This document shows positions 60,601 to 64,000 of a stretch of DNA of 64,000 nt, piece by piece. The notes under the pieces are model-generated. The model was not told the DNA's origin. It saw nothing but the letters and a program-made list of their open reading frames with translations, and ran no database searches. This DNA is from Candidatus Saccharimonadia bacterium. GTDB taxonomy: Bacteria; Patescibacteriota; Saccharimonadia; Saccharimonadales; 2-12-FULL-41-12. The stretch is taken from contig OY970327.1 of NCBI GenBank assembly GCA_963717365.1, positions 651,599 to 715,598 on the forward strand, read 5' to 3'. A program made the translations under genes and the position numbers. Within the stretch, counting starts at the first letter, position 1. Every line of letters begins with the position of its first letter.

Positions 60601-62089
60601 CAACATTATCAGCGTTTACCGTAATTCCATCGCCTGCGCCGATATCAAGAGTAGCGACTCCGCCCAAGCTAACTACACCGCCATTGAACAACCCTCCGCC
60701 TGCTGTAACTGTCAGGCTAGAGTTAGTTAAATCTATGTTGGCTATTGAGCCATCAGAAACTTTACTGCCATCAACCGAATTAGACTCCAGCTCAGCCATA
60801 CCAATAGTTTGACCCAGCAATGAAACGCTGGAATCAAGCCTAAGGTTGCTCAAAGTACCGGCATTAAGATTACTGGCACTCTGGTAATACGAGCCAGTCT
60901 GGCCGTTTAACTGGATAGCGTTAACATTTGTCACACCAGAGCCATCACCAGTGAAGCTAGCAGCCGTAGTGGCGCCGGTAATTGCTGTATCGCCCGTTAC
61001 CGCTAAATCCCCGTTTACAGTAATCACGGTGGCTGACTGGGTCAAAATTGAATCAGCAATTATCTGGGAAGCCGTGAATACCGGTATAGTACCGCTGGTT
61101 CCGGTACCGTTAATGGCACCAGCCGCTCCACCGTCATCATCGCTACAAATCACTTGCCCACTAGCATTGGCAGTCAGTGCACCACCATTCAGGTTAGTCG
61201 TACAATTTAAGCTGGAGAGAGTCAGAGTACTGGCAAACGTTACTGCCCCACTAGCGTTTATGCTGCCAATGGTAATACCAGCGAAGGTTGGACTTGAGGT
61301 TACATTAATATCTTGGGGTGTTGTCAGGGTAAAGGTACCGGCACTGGCGTTAACGCTGATCTGGTTAGAAGTCCCTTGTATCAACAAGCCGCCGCTCTGA
61401 TTGTTGATAGAGCTTACCTTTGGGTCTCCGGCGGAGGTATCACTAATTCTGATGTTACCGCCGTTATTGGTGATCAACAAGTTAGCCGTGCCGGCTGTAA
61501 TGCTCTGGATGCCAGCGATCTGGGCGCTTGGGGCTGGTATTAGCCCCCTCAGAGTCTGAAATTGTGCCTGTGTGACATACTCACAGTTATTGGCGTCAAG
61601 ACATATCACTCCCGAAGCATTTGGAAGCGTATAAGTCTGGCTCTTGTTGTTTAGGCTAGAAACAAAGGTACCACTCACAACCTTAAGGTTGCCGCGAATC
61701 GCAACATCTCCATTGACTAATACTGATTCTTTGGCACCCTGTAACTCCGAAGGTAAGTTAATATCTGAGCCTTGCTGGATAGTTACCTCTTGGGTAGGAA
61801 TAGCGCTTCGTAAGTTGCCATCTTCGGTTAGATTATTATTTCTAGTCTGATAGGCTATAGTCGCGCCTGTAAGGATCAGGACAACGGCGGTAATAATACA
61901 CGAAACAATGGTAGCTTTTTGGCGGTAAAACGGCGTGCGCACAACGCTGGGCAGTACATACTCAGGACTAGTTGCATCTACAGGGAGCAAAACAGGGCTG
62001 TTAAGGTCCACTTGCGGGTGCCCAAAATCAACACCGGCAGAATTTTGACGGCTTTCTTGGGGTTGATTTGGATTTTTATTTGGAAACAT
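45602..62089 (-). CDS. Giant surface fibre protein G4 (5495 aa): short cytoplasmic N-terminus, TM anchor, modular fibre with 395/396-aa tandem repeats, C1q-like domain, S74-like domain, C-terminal module
   Basis: Uninterrupted 16.5-kb ORF starting at ATG 62089. The TM helix is [22 protein letters not shown], about 55 aa from the N-terminus. The GGTG motif ([19 protein letters not shown]) and the Cys-pair motif (NC....NGG.LT.DASGNL.C..DDGG) recur many times. Confidence 0.85.
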   Translation of the reverse strand: MFPNKNPNQPQESRQNSAGVDFGHPQVDLNSPVLLPVDATSPEYVLPSVVRTPFYRQKATIVSCIITAVVLILTGATIAYQTRNNNLTEDGNLRSAIPTQEVTIQQGSDINLPSELQGAKESVLVNGDVAIRGNLKVVSGTFVSSLNNKSQTYTLPNASGVICLDANNCEYVTQAQFQTLRGLIPAPSAQIAGIQSITAGTANLLITNNGGNIRISDTSAGDPKVSSINNQSGGLLIQGTSNQISVNASAGTFTLTTPQDINVTSSPTFAGITIGSINASGAVTFASTLTLSSLNCTTNLNGGALTANASGQVICSDDDGGAAGAINGTGTSGTIPVFTASQIIADSILTQSATVITVNGDLAVTGDTAITGATTAASFTGDGSGVTNVNAIQLNGQTGSYYQSASNLNAGTLSNLRLDSSVSLLGQTIGMAELESNSVDGSKVSDGSIANIDLTNSSLTVTAGGGLFNGGVVSLGGVATLDIGAGDGITVNADNVAVDTTVCRTTGNCAGVGGNGNVLQGGNSFGSTLTLGTNDNFSLNLETAGITRVTIGNTGLLNLGAYNCSIFGNGGVLTTDASGNLICQNDDNGAAAAITGTGTAGSIAKFDASQNIVNSIITESGITVTVGGTLVATNLQGNGSGITDLNGSNLTTGTVTVARGGTGAGTFTTNGVLFGNGTSAIDSTAAGTTGQCLLATTGSAPSFGVCPGSGGVASLDGLTGVLTINNATGSGSIITIDDATTTAKGIASFATTDFTVVAGAVSLNVNVTKLGQSIESTEITDGTIAGIDIANDAVALGSQTTGNYVGDVTAGNGIGIGGAAGEGTSRAIALGNLTADYMQGGAFDLVLANSSSELRILENGAGASFYGSFDVADLDSDKTYVFPTFGGATADVCLSTGNCVGSGAGAAAPNNASYLTLGLDPSLTAERVLTNGTNIAAFTDGGANGTLTISTIANPTFGTSVTTPLLQSAAALTIDSGSNILLIDGTDTTIRRTAAGTYTFDLSDSANTTLFLDNSGAGAANLRVGGLANCDTIDTDASGNLVCGADAGGAGVGDSISVNGAGASDANFIDTAVSGTTAGLSWTLNTGASPDAVSLSVTNASATEAGTVTTGVQTFAGAKTFNGTAVFATGLTVTTGQALTINGVAISNLVGTGLQVTSGVLETTLGTTIDTTEIVNGTIAGIDIASDAVALGSQTTGNYVGDVTAGNGIGIGGAAGEGTSRAIALGNLTADYMQGGAFDLVLANSSSELRILENGAGASFYGSFDVADLDSDKTYVFPTFGGATADVCLSTGNCVGSGAGAAAPNNASYLTLGLDPSLTAERVLTNGTNIAAFTDGGANGTLTISTIANPTFGTSVTTPLLQSAAALTIDSGSNILLIDGTDTTIRRTAAGTYTFDLSDSANTTLFLDNSGAGAANLRVGGLANCDTIDTDASGNLVCGADAGGAGVGDSISVNGAGASDANFIDTAVSGTTAGLSWTLNTGASPDAVSLSVTNASATEAGTVTTGVQTFAGAKTFNGTAVFATGLTVTTGQALTINGVAISNLVGTGLQVTSGVLETTLGTTIDTTEIVNGTIAGIDIASDAVALGSQTTGNYQAFTTAGDGITVTGAAGEGTSPTVAVDSTVCRNTGNCAGTGGNGDVLQGGNTFTAALTLGTNDAFAFNLETGGVTRVTIGATGLLNLGAYNCSTAGNGGALTTDASGNLICSADDGGAGSSITGAGTPGKIAKFDASQNIVDSIITESGATITVGGTLVATNLQGNGSGITDLNASELTTGTVAVARGGTGAGTFASNGVLFGNATSAIGATAAGTTGQCLLANTGSAPTFGTCTGAGGVASLEGLTGALTINNATGTGAVITIDDATTTNKGIASFTAADFDVTGGAVSLNAAVSKLGQSIDSTEITDGQVAGVDIANNAVALGTQTTGNYVGDVTAGNGIGIGGSAGEGTSRAIALGNLTADYMQGGAFDLVLNNSSSELRMLENGGTPSFYGTFDVADLAGDKTYLFPDFTGASANVCLSTGNCVGSGAGAAAPNNASYLTLGLDSNLTNERVLTNGTNIAAFTDGGANGTLTIATVANPTFGTSVTTPLIQSSVVALTIDSGSNILLIDGSDTTIRRTAAGTYTFDLVDSANTTLFLDNSGAGAANLRVGGLANCDSIDTDASGNLVCGTDAGGAGVGDSVSVNGAAATDADFIDTTATGTVAGTTFSLNTGATPDAVTLTVSNASATVAGTVTTGVQTFAGAKTFNGTAVFATGLTVTSGQVITINGEAFSDLTGTGLSFNAGQLETTLGTSIDSTEITDGQVAGVDIANNAVALGTQTTGNYVGDVTAGNGIGIGGSAGEGTSRAIALGNLTADYMQGGAFDLVLNNSSSELRMLENGGTPSFYGTFDVADLAGDKTYLFPDFTGASANVCLSTGNCVGSGAGAAAPNNASYLTLGLDSNLTNERVLTNGTNIAAFTDGGANGTLTIATVANPTFGTSVTTPLIQSSVVALTIDSGSNILLIDGSDTTIRRTAAGTYTFDLVDSANTTLFLDNSGAGAANLRVGGLANCDSIDTDASGNLVCGTDAGGAGVGDSVSVNGAAATDADFIDTTATGTVAGTTFSLNTGATPDAVTLTVSNASATVAGTVTTGVQTFAGAKTFNGTAVFATGLTVTSGQVITINGEAFSDLTGTGLSFNAGQLETTLGTSIDSTEITDGQVAGVDIANNAVALGTQTTGNYVGDVTAGNGIGIGGSAGEGTSRAIALGNLTADYMQGGAFDLVLNNSSSELRMLENGGTPSFYGTFDVADLAGDKTYLFPDFTGASANVCLSTGNCVGSGAGAAAPNNASYLTLGLDSNLTNERVLTNGTNIAAFTDGGANGTLTIATVANPTFGTSVTTPLIQSSVVALTIDSGSNILLIDGSDTTIRRTAAGTYTFDLVDSANTTLFLDNSGAGAANLRVGGLANCDSIDTDASGNLVCGTDAGGAGVGDSVSVNGAAATDADFIDTTATGTVAGTTFSLNTGATPDAVTLTVSNASATVAGTVTTGVQTFAGAKTFNGTAVFATGLTVTSGQVITINGEAFSDLTGTGLSFNAGQLETTLGTSIDSTEITDGQVAGVDIANNAVALGTQTTGNYVGDVTAGNGIGIGGSAGEGTSRAIALGNLTADYMQGGAFDLVLNNSSSELRMLENGGTPSFYGTFDVADLAGDKTYLFPDFTGASANVCLSTGNCVGSGAGAAAPNNASYLTLGLDSNLTNERVLTNGTNIAAFTDGGANGTLTIATVANPTFGTSVTTPLIQSSVVALTIDSGSNILLIDGSDTTIRRTAAGTYTFDLVDSANTTLFLDNSGAGAANLRVGGLANCDSIDTDASGNLVCGTDAGGAGVGDSVSVNGAAATDADFIDTTATGTVAGTTFSLNTGATPDAVTLTVSNASATVAGTVTTGVQTFAGAKTFNGTAVFATGLTVTSGQVITINGEAFSDLTGTGLAFNAGVLETTLGTSVTLSTAGSEVTGTLPIANGGTNATTSQAAINNISQLTTNGDLLYHNGTNSTRLGRGAPGECLTSNGTTIIWGSCQPGGTGVTTVGTIDTGNGGVKAADGAFISGSNIFMQTADAGFAGLVSTGTQTFAGAKTFNETVTFANATALALGTNAITVGGVTLQSTELAALDGVSSNIQTQFTGKQAADSTLTSLSAYNTNGLIVQTAADTFTGRTITAGSSKLGVTNGNGVAGNPTLDVVEANIAINNLSGTLNVNKGGTGAATLGANGVLLGNGTSAITATAAGATGQCLLGNTGLAPTWGNCTGSGAVNSITGTAGGSVAAAGAITFNDAATTSSAITINNATTTTKGIASFSSTDFSVTAGAVSLGSNVTKLGQTIESGEITDGTIANGDLVSSAVNFGGVSVSLGASDLTPAFNLVDATGLIIGSGTTGTLMVDRGGTGATTLTSGGILFGNGTGAITASSVLTNGQLLIGDGTGAPTAATLTQGAGIIITNGAGSITIEIDDSTVCTYGFFCGGGGSDPDLATIELDNLANVAINTSLLPATASIDLGSAAKPFRDLYVGGTATNNFRITGTSAAGRVYTVPDVGGNANFCLSTGNCAGAGGGITGSGTAGTITKYTGTGATIGNSILTESGTTVTAAGTFNASTALQAGGTTRINSSGVLQNVSHADAANFFTAGSLTVARGGTGAGTFTTNGVLFGNGTSALGVTGAGTTGQCLLATTSAAPSWGTCTGVGGGVTGITGSAGGSVLASGSLTFNGALTTGSAITIIDATTTIKGIASFATADFDVSVGAVTLDAVVTKQGNTFNGVSQLIQTTAASAFPALSGVNITNLNGTNVNSGLVGVAYGGTGIATVPTNGKLLIGNGTGYASANLTSSNSSVTITNGAGTIDLTVPGAGTCAACVALKAATPDTAQTGHINVSGTIIAGFFQGNGSNLTNLDAGDINSGILLVGRGGTGITTTPTNGQLLIGNGTNYTAANLTSNDSTVVITNGAGTINLSAPGSGTCGACVSLQPTTGSPQTGHINVSGTVTAGNFSGVGTNLTALNGSSISSGTVIATVGGTGHTTYAIGDLLYANTTTSLARRAAVAIGSCLISQGVSTAPIWGSCGSGVNAIGTFDSNGSGAQGATISSNNLILQSATASAPGLVNTSGTQIFGGIKTFNGIINANATGKTAIQIADSGGQSSGITIGGDTNLYRSAGSTLRTDTTFTAGNSIVSYQGTTAQISLQNNIPTPGLPTIYFGNAQDTNLYRSGAGTLKTDGNFEANNILLPSGGILQSTGYLQLISGATNDQILFKSNGGTVENARFNTSGVFVLGPTNQIGWSASGGSGTPDTNLYRAAAGNLLKTDDSFEAIGTINSVGGYQANGVSGISATCAAGEALQGATISGGIVTAGTCVSNADASARVTHNASQSVNSTLVALVFNTETYDTNNLHSTSSNTSRLTAPVAGTYVISAGVTFSDGNEDRNLQIRLNGTTTYISKDSLDSQSSGSMTTTTTYYLNANDYVEVMASSTGLSETVAANSVSQPLYFSMTKVGGSSGGGGGGGDLQAAYDLSGSPATIATTSTLKDIIFKSGAGLDAPNFFRIQNGAGTEFFSANSVTKSIGLGTTAPSLRLHIQGDNYTESSVLLGRASSDDLSSELRFHKARGTTASPTDIQGNDLIARMYGYGYVGGAYRAVGSINLNADNVGVNEVGGRFSVALYDPVSNVVVERIVIGENGRVGIANSAPGYLLHVGSGTTADTSVARFQNSGGTCTVNPTTAGGITCTSDQRLKKDLSATSSEDMLNKILGINVVNYRMLSENSSDRAHTGVIAQEFINNFPDLVQQDAEGYYSVSYAGLTPYLAAAIQAQQKQILTLQQQVNNTSFANINVSGGASIQNLTVTGAATVNSLTVTSNAVFKANIIVEGHIITVGDTPTSQVLGASGKGAAVIIDGNDTAGTIIIRTGSAPTAGELAKILFSKAYSKAPKVVLSPSNDSAAGLSYYKGNATATDVMFNAKGTPAPNTEYRYDYFIAE
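46070..46360 (-). other. S74-like chaperone/autoproteolysis domain of G4
   Basis: Sequence [96 protein letters not shown]. The Ser-Asp codons are at complement 46343-46348. Confidence 0.65.
47050..47440 (-). other. C1q/TNF-like jelly-roll domain in G4, followed by a poly-Gly linker
   Basis: Sequence [140 protein letters not shown]. The pattern (F.....YD....F......F.AP..G.Y......V........L..NG........Y.L...D.V.V) is typical of C1q-like tips of BclA and phage fibres. Confidence 0.5.
51657..56405 (-). repeat. 1188-bp (396-aa) in-frame tandem repeat, 4.0 copies (type B), apparently identical
   Basis: Shadow ORFs at 52188, 53376, 54564 and 55752, and at 52752, 53940 and 55128, give identical peptides with period 1188. 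The unit starts [36 protein letters not shown]... and ends ...[12 protein letters not shown]. Confidence 0.9.
57311..59750 (-). repeat. 1185-bp (395-aa) in-frame tandem repeat, about 2.06 copies (type A), homologous to type B
   Basis: Shadow ORF pairs 57468/58653 and 57915/59100 are identical with period 1185. The unit starts [36 protein letters not shown]... Each array is preceded in the protein by a homologous X module of about 300 aa (coded at 56405-57310 and about 59750-60650). Confidence 0.9.
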
Positions 62090-62195
62090 TTTGATTTGTT
62101 TTATTTTTGTTTTAGCTATTTTATATATAACTAAACTACACTATACTCCACTGTCAACACCTTACCTAGTACTTTGAACACAAAATTTACTTAGG

Positions 62196-62204
62196 TTATC
62201 CACA
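62196..62204 (+). promoter_or_regulatory. Perfect DnaA-box 9-mer TTATCCACA (followed by G) upstream of G4
   Basis: Read directly as taggTTATCCACAggttaa, 107 nt upstream of the G4 ATG. TTGAACACAAAAT lies at 62174-62186. A TTGACA hexamer is at complement 62152-62157. Confidence 0.4.
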
Positions 62205-62292
62205 GGTTAAATTTAGTAAGTACTTGTTATTATTGTATTTATAACAATATATTTTACCAAAAAACATCGTTAATATTAAATTTTGTGTTCGT

Positions 62293-63144
62293 TTAAATGC
62301 TCACAATAGCATAGATTGCGGCTACTCCAACCAGCATAACCACTATCACTAATCCTAATACTCTGAGCAATTCAGTCTGAATAATCCTCTTTGAGAATGG
62401 ATTTCGTCCCATCGATATGATTGAACTTGATACGGCTCCATAAACAATTGCCCCTTCCGCCACAATTACTATTAGGAAGATAGCCAACGCTGCTAATACC
62501 TGGATTAGGCCTATGTCTTTACCTGTTACTTTTTTACCAAATATTTCAAGTTGTGTTTTATCTTCAATTGTCTGGCCTGGTTTTTCGGTAGTCAAGGAGT
62601 TAGCCAAAGAAATAGTCATTTTTCCTACCATGACAATGCGTTCGCTGTCATTCACTCTAATCGTCTGCGGCTCCGCGTCATCGCTATTAAAGTCCTCTAA
62701 GGCCTCTCCAAGATTCCCCTTATCTGCCTCCGCGCGCATTAGAACCCCTTTAATAGGTGATATAGTAAGTGAGTCACCTTTTTTAATAGCGCCACTCACA
62801 TCGCTTACAAGTGCCTCGACGGTACCACTAGTTTGGACATATGCCTGCTGCTCTCCCGAAGCCAGGGTAACGAGGTTATCTTTAGGATCTGTGGTAATTC
62901 CAATAAGTTTACTGGTAGTTTCTTGCGTAGCCCGTTCAATTTTCGGCTTGTCAGCGGTGCTTGAGCCGCTTAAAGCTGCAAGCATCCCCGTCCTCAGATC
63001 ACGATCTTCCGTAATGTAACCCTTTGCAAAACTTTGAGCTAATGCAGCGGCGCTCGCAAAAAGAATAATTAACAGCGTAGTGACCCCAATAAATAAAATA
63101 AGAGTTTGGCTTCGCCCAGTGCTTCTAGCTAAATTTGCCTTCAT
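62293..63144 (-). CDS. Membrane protein (N-terminal anchor plus two C-terminal TM helices), hypothetical
   Basis: I prefer ATG 63144 (MKANLARSTGRSQTLILFIGVTTLLIILFASAAALA...), because the track start at 63183 is a TTG. The C-terminus reads IGLIQVLAALAIFLIVIVAEGAIVYGAV...LLRVLGLVIVVMLVGVAAIYAIV. It lies directly upstream of G4. Confidence 0.6.
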   Translation of the reverse strand: MKANLARSTGRSQTLILFIGVTTLLIILFASAAALAQSFAKGYITEDRDLRTGMLAALSGSSTADKPKIERATQETTSKLIGITTDPKDNLVTLASGEQQAYVQTSGTVEALVSDVSGAIKKGDSLTISPIKGVLMRAEADKGNLGEALEDFNSDDAEPQTIRVNDSERIVMVGKMTISLANSLTTEKPGQTIEDKTQLEIFGKKVTGKDIGLIQVLAALAIFLIVIVAEGAIVYGAVSSSIISMGRNPFSKRIIQTELLRVLGLVIVVMLVGVAAIYAIVSI

Positions 63145-63252
63145 GTTTATGTTTAGTATGAGCTGACTAACGATAATAATCAATGTAACATCTTAAAAGC
63201 GCTGTTTATATAATTATGAAAGGAACAAATTAAGTAACTTATTGATTTAAGA

Positions 63253-63274
63253 GCCTGCTTATTTCTAAGCAGGC
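63253..63274 (-). terminator. Hairpin downstream of tRNA-Ile (candidate terminator of the tRNA unit)
   Basis: GCCTGCTT (63253-63260) pairs with AAGCAGGC (63267-63274). On the minus strand it is followed by TCTTAAATC, a weak U-tract. Confidence 0.45.
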
Positions 63275-63288
63275 TGCGTATGCAATTC

Positions 63289-63365
63289 TGGTGGGCGATG
63301 AGGGATTCGAACCTCCGACCTCGTCATTATCAGTGACGCGCTCTAACCAACTGAGCTAATCGCCC
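63289..63365 (-). tRNA. tRNA-Ile (anticodon GAU), CCA encoded
   Basis: The reverse complement folds as GGGCGAT TA GCTC AGTTGGTTA GAGC G CGTCA CTGATAA TGACG AGGTC GGAGG TTCGAAT CCCTC ATCGCCC ACCA. This is a cloverleaf with one A-C mismatch in the T stem. Confidence 0.85.
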
Positions 63366-63570
63366 GTATAGTGATATACGGCTAACTTGTTAATTTACTG
63401 CGCTCAGTTGGCGAGAGCATCTATCGCTTACTCTGCAGCTGCGCTGCGCCAACCGAGCTAATCGCCCGTATAGTGATATACGGCTAACTTGTTAATTTAC
63501 TGCGCTCAGTTGGCGAGAGCACACTTTTTTAAGCTTGCAGCGAAGCTGCGCCAACCGAGCTAGTCGCCTG
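63347..63570 (-). repeat. 102-bp tandem repeat (2.2 units) duplicating the tRNA-Ile 5' acceptor/D-arm fragment plus its leader
   Basis: ccaacYgagctaRtcgccYg occurs at 63347, 63449 and 63551 (period 102). tatagtgatatacggctaacttgttaatttactgcgctcagttggcgagagca occurs at 63367 and 63469, identical in both. The second and third units are truncated tRNA-like 5' halves (GGGCGATTAGCTCGGTTGGCGCAG... and GGCGACTAGCTCGGTTGGCGCAG...). Confidence 0.8.
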
Positions 63571-63583
63571 CATTACTAAATTA

Positions 63584-63660
63584 TGGTGGAGCGTCGGGGA
63601 CTCGAACCCCGGACCCCCTGCTTGCAAAGCAGGTGCTCTAGCCAACTGAGCTAACGCCCC
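63584..63660 (-). tRNA. tRNA-Ala (anticodon UGC), CCA encoded
   Basis: The reverse complement folds as GGGGCGT TA GCTC AGTTGGCTA GAGC A CCTGC TTTGCAA GCAGG GGGTC CGGGG TTCGAGT CCCCG ACGCTCC ACCA. This is a perfect cloverleaf with the G3:U70 alanine identity pair. Confidence 0.92.
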
Positions 63661-63703
63661 ATAATCTGTATCGAGCTGCTGTTTCTCTGTTACAACAGAG
63701 GTT

Positions 63704-63732
63704 ATTGTACCTAAAATTAGACTATTTAACAA
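63704..63732 (-). promoter_or_regulatory. Sigma-70-like promoter of the tRNA-Ala/tRNA-Ile unit
   Basis: The minus strand reads TTGTTA (complement 63727-63732), N17, TACAAT (complement 63704-63709), about 40 nt upstream of tRNA-Ala. Confidence 0.5.
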
Positions 63733-63791
63733 CTCTTTTATTGTATGGTCTTTTTATGATTTCCTCCGATTGAGCTATGAATTTAACTGTC

Positions 63792-63873
63792 TTTTCAATT
63801 CTACACACTGAGTGTGTAATTATGGCAGTCACAATACACATATGGCACAACATCGAGTGTGTAGAATTGAAAA
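63792..63873. promoter_or_regulatory. 18-bp perfect inverted repeat plus inner palindrome built from the same AGTGTGTA/TACACACT 8-mer as 45310..45370
   Basis: TTTTCAATTCTACACACT (63792-63809) is the exact reverse complement of AGTGTGTAGAATTGAAAA (63856-63873). The inner palindrome TACACACT-G-AGTGTGTA is at 63802-63818. A TATGGCA direct repeat occurs at 63821 and 63841. Confidence 0.5.
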
Positions 63874-63920
63874 CGTATAAATTGACTCCATATCAGGTAA
63901 CACTAATTGGTCTGTAAAAT

Positions 63921-63946
63921 AACAAACCTCCTAATGGAGGTTTGTT
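63921..63946 (-). terminator. Hairpin, possible terminator of a minus-strand gene lying beyond the window end
   Basis: AACAAACCTCC, loop TAAT, GGAGGTTTGTT. On the minus strand it is followed by ATTTTAC. Confidence 0.4.
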
Positions 63947-64000
63947 ATTAGGCCTTAGCCAGCTAAAAATCAAGATAGTGCAAATCAAACGTCAAATTCG

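Noticed and set aside
63289-63700. Integrated mobile element at the tRNA genes
   Set aside because: Partial tRNA duplications often mark integration sites. Here, however, there is no integrase, transposase or phage gene within the window on either side, and the duplicated part is the 5' rather than the usual 3' tRNA segment.
63529-63732. 67-aa minus-strand ORF
   Set aside because: It overlaps tRNA-Ala and the tRNA-like repeat, so it is an artefact of the six-frame track.

Overview
This window looks like part of a small, streamlined bacterial genome. My inference is Candidate Phyla Radiation / Saccharibacteria-like, based on rRNA insertions, a 23S-5S pair with no adjacent 16S, many orphan membrane proteins and giant surface proteins; this needs rRNA phylogeny. 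About 75% of the window (47.8 of 64 kb) is four giant minus-strand ORFs. G1 is 2952..10862 (2636 aa), G2 is 11918..24808 (about 4296 aa), G3 is 34326..44798 (about 3490 aa) and G4 is 45602..62089 (5495 aa). All four are membrane-anchored or secreted at the N-terminus and rich in Thr/Gly/Ala/Asn/Ser/Val. They are built from very long, often 100%-identical tandem or dispersed coding repeats. They also carry phage tail-fibre hallmarks:
- S-D-x-R-x-K intramolecular-chaperone (peptidase S74-like) domains in G1, G2 (two copies) and G4
- a collagen G-X-Y tract in G2
- a C1q/TNF-like jelly-roll in G4
- recurrent GGTG and Cys-pair mini-modules

G2 additionally starts with two cytoplasmic MerR/excisionase-type HTH domains followed by one TM helix. 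That is the architecture of a membrane-tethered DNA-binding protein fused to a roughly 4000-aa fibre. G1 and G2 are each followed by a paralogous small single-pass membrane protein. G3 is followed by a 53-codon basic sORF and an 895-aa secreted beta-propeller protein.

A 23S-5S rRNA pair (25357..29358, minus strand) sits in the middle of the cluster with no adjacent 16S. The 23S is about 3.5 kb because of two large insertions plus a small one. Both large insertions and the 23S-5S spacer carry copies of the same 48-nt near-palindromic module.

tRNA-Ala(UGC) and tRNA-Ile(GAU) lie at 63.3-63.7 kb. They are separated by a 102-bp tandem repeat that duplicates the 5' part of tRNA-Ile plus an anti-D-arm segment.

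The regions upstream of the giant genes share promoter-like blocks, A/C-rich leaders without Shine-Dalgarno sequences, perfect DnaA-box 9-mers (TTATCCACA) and phased AGTGTGTA 8-mer arrays.

Ordinary genes at the left edge are rpsA (partial), a ROK kinase, an HExxH/zinc-ribbon protein and a KGG stress protein.

All domain calls come from reading the translations by eye. No database search was possible.
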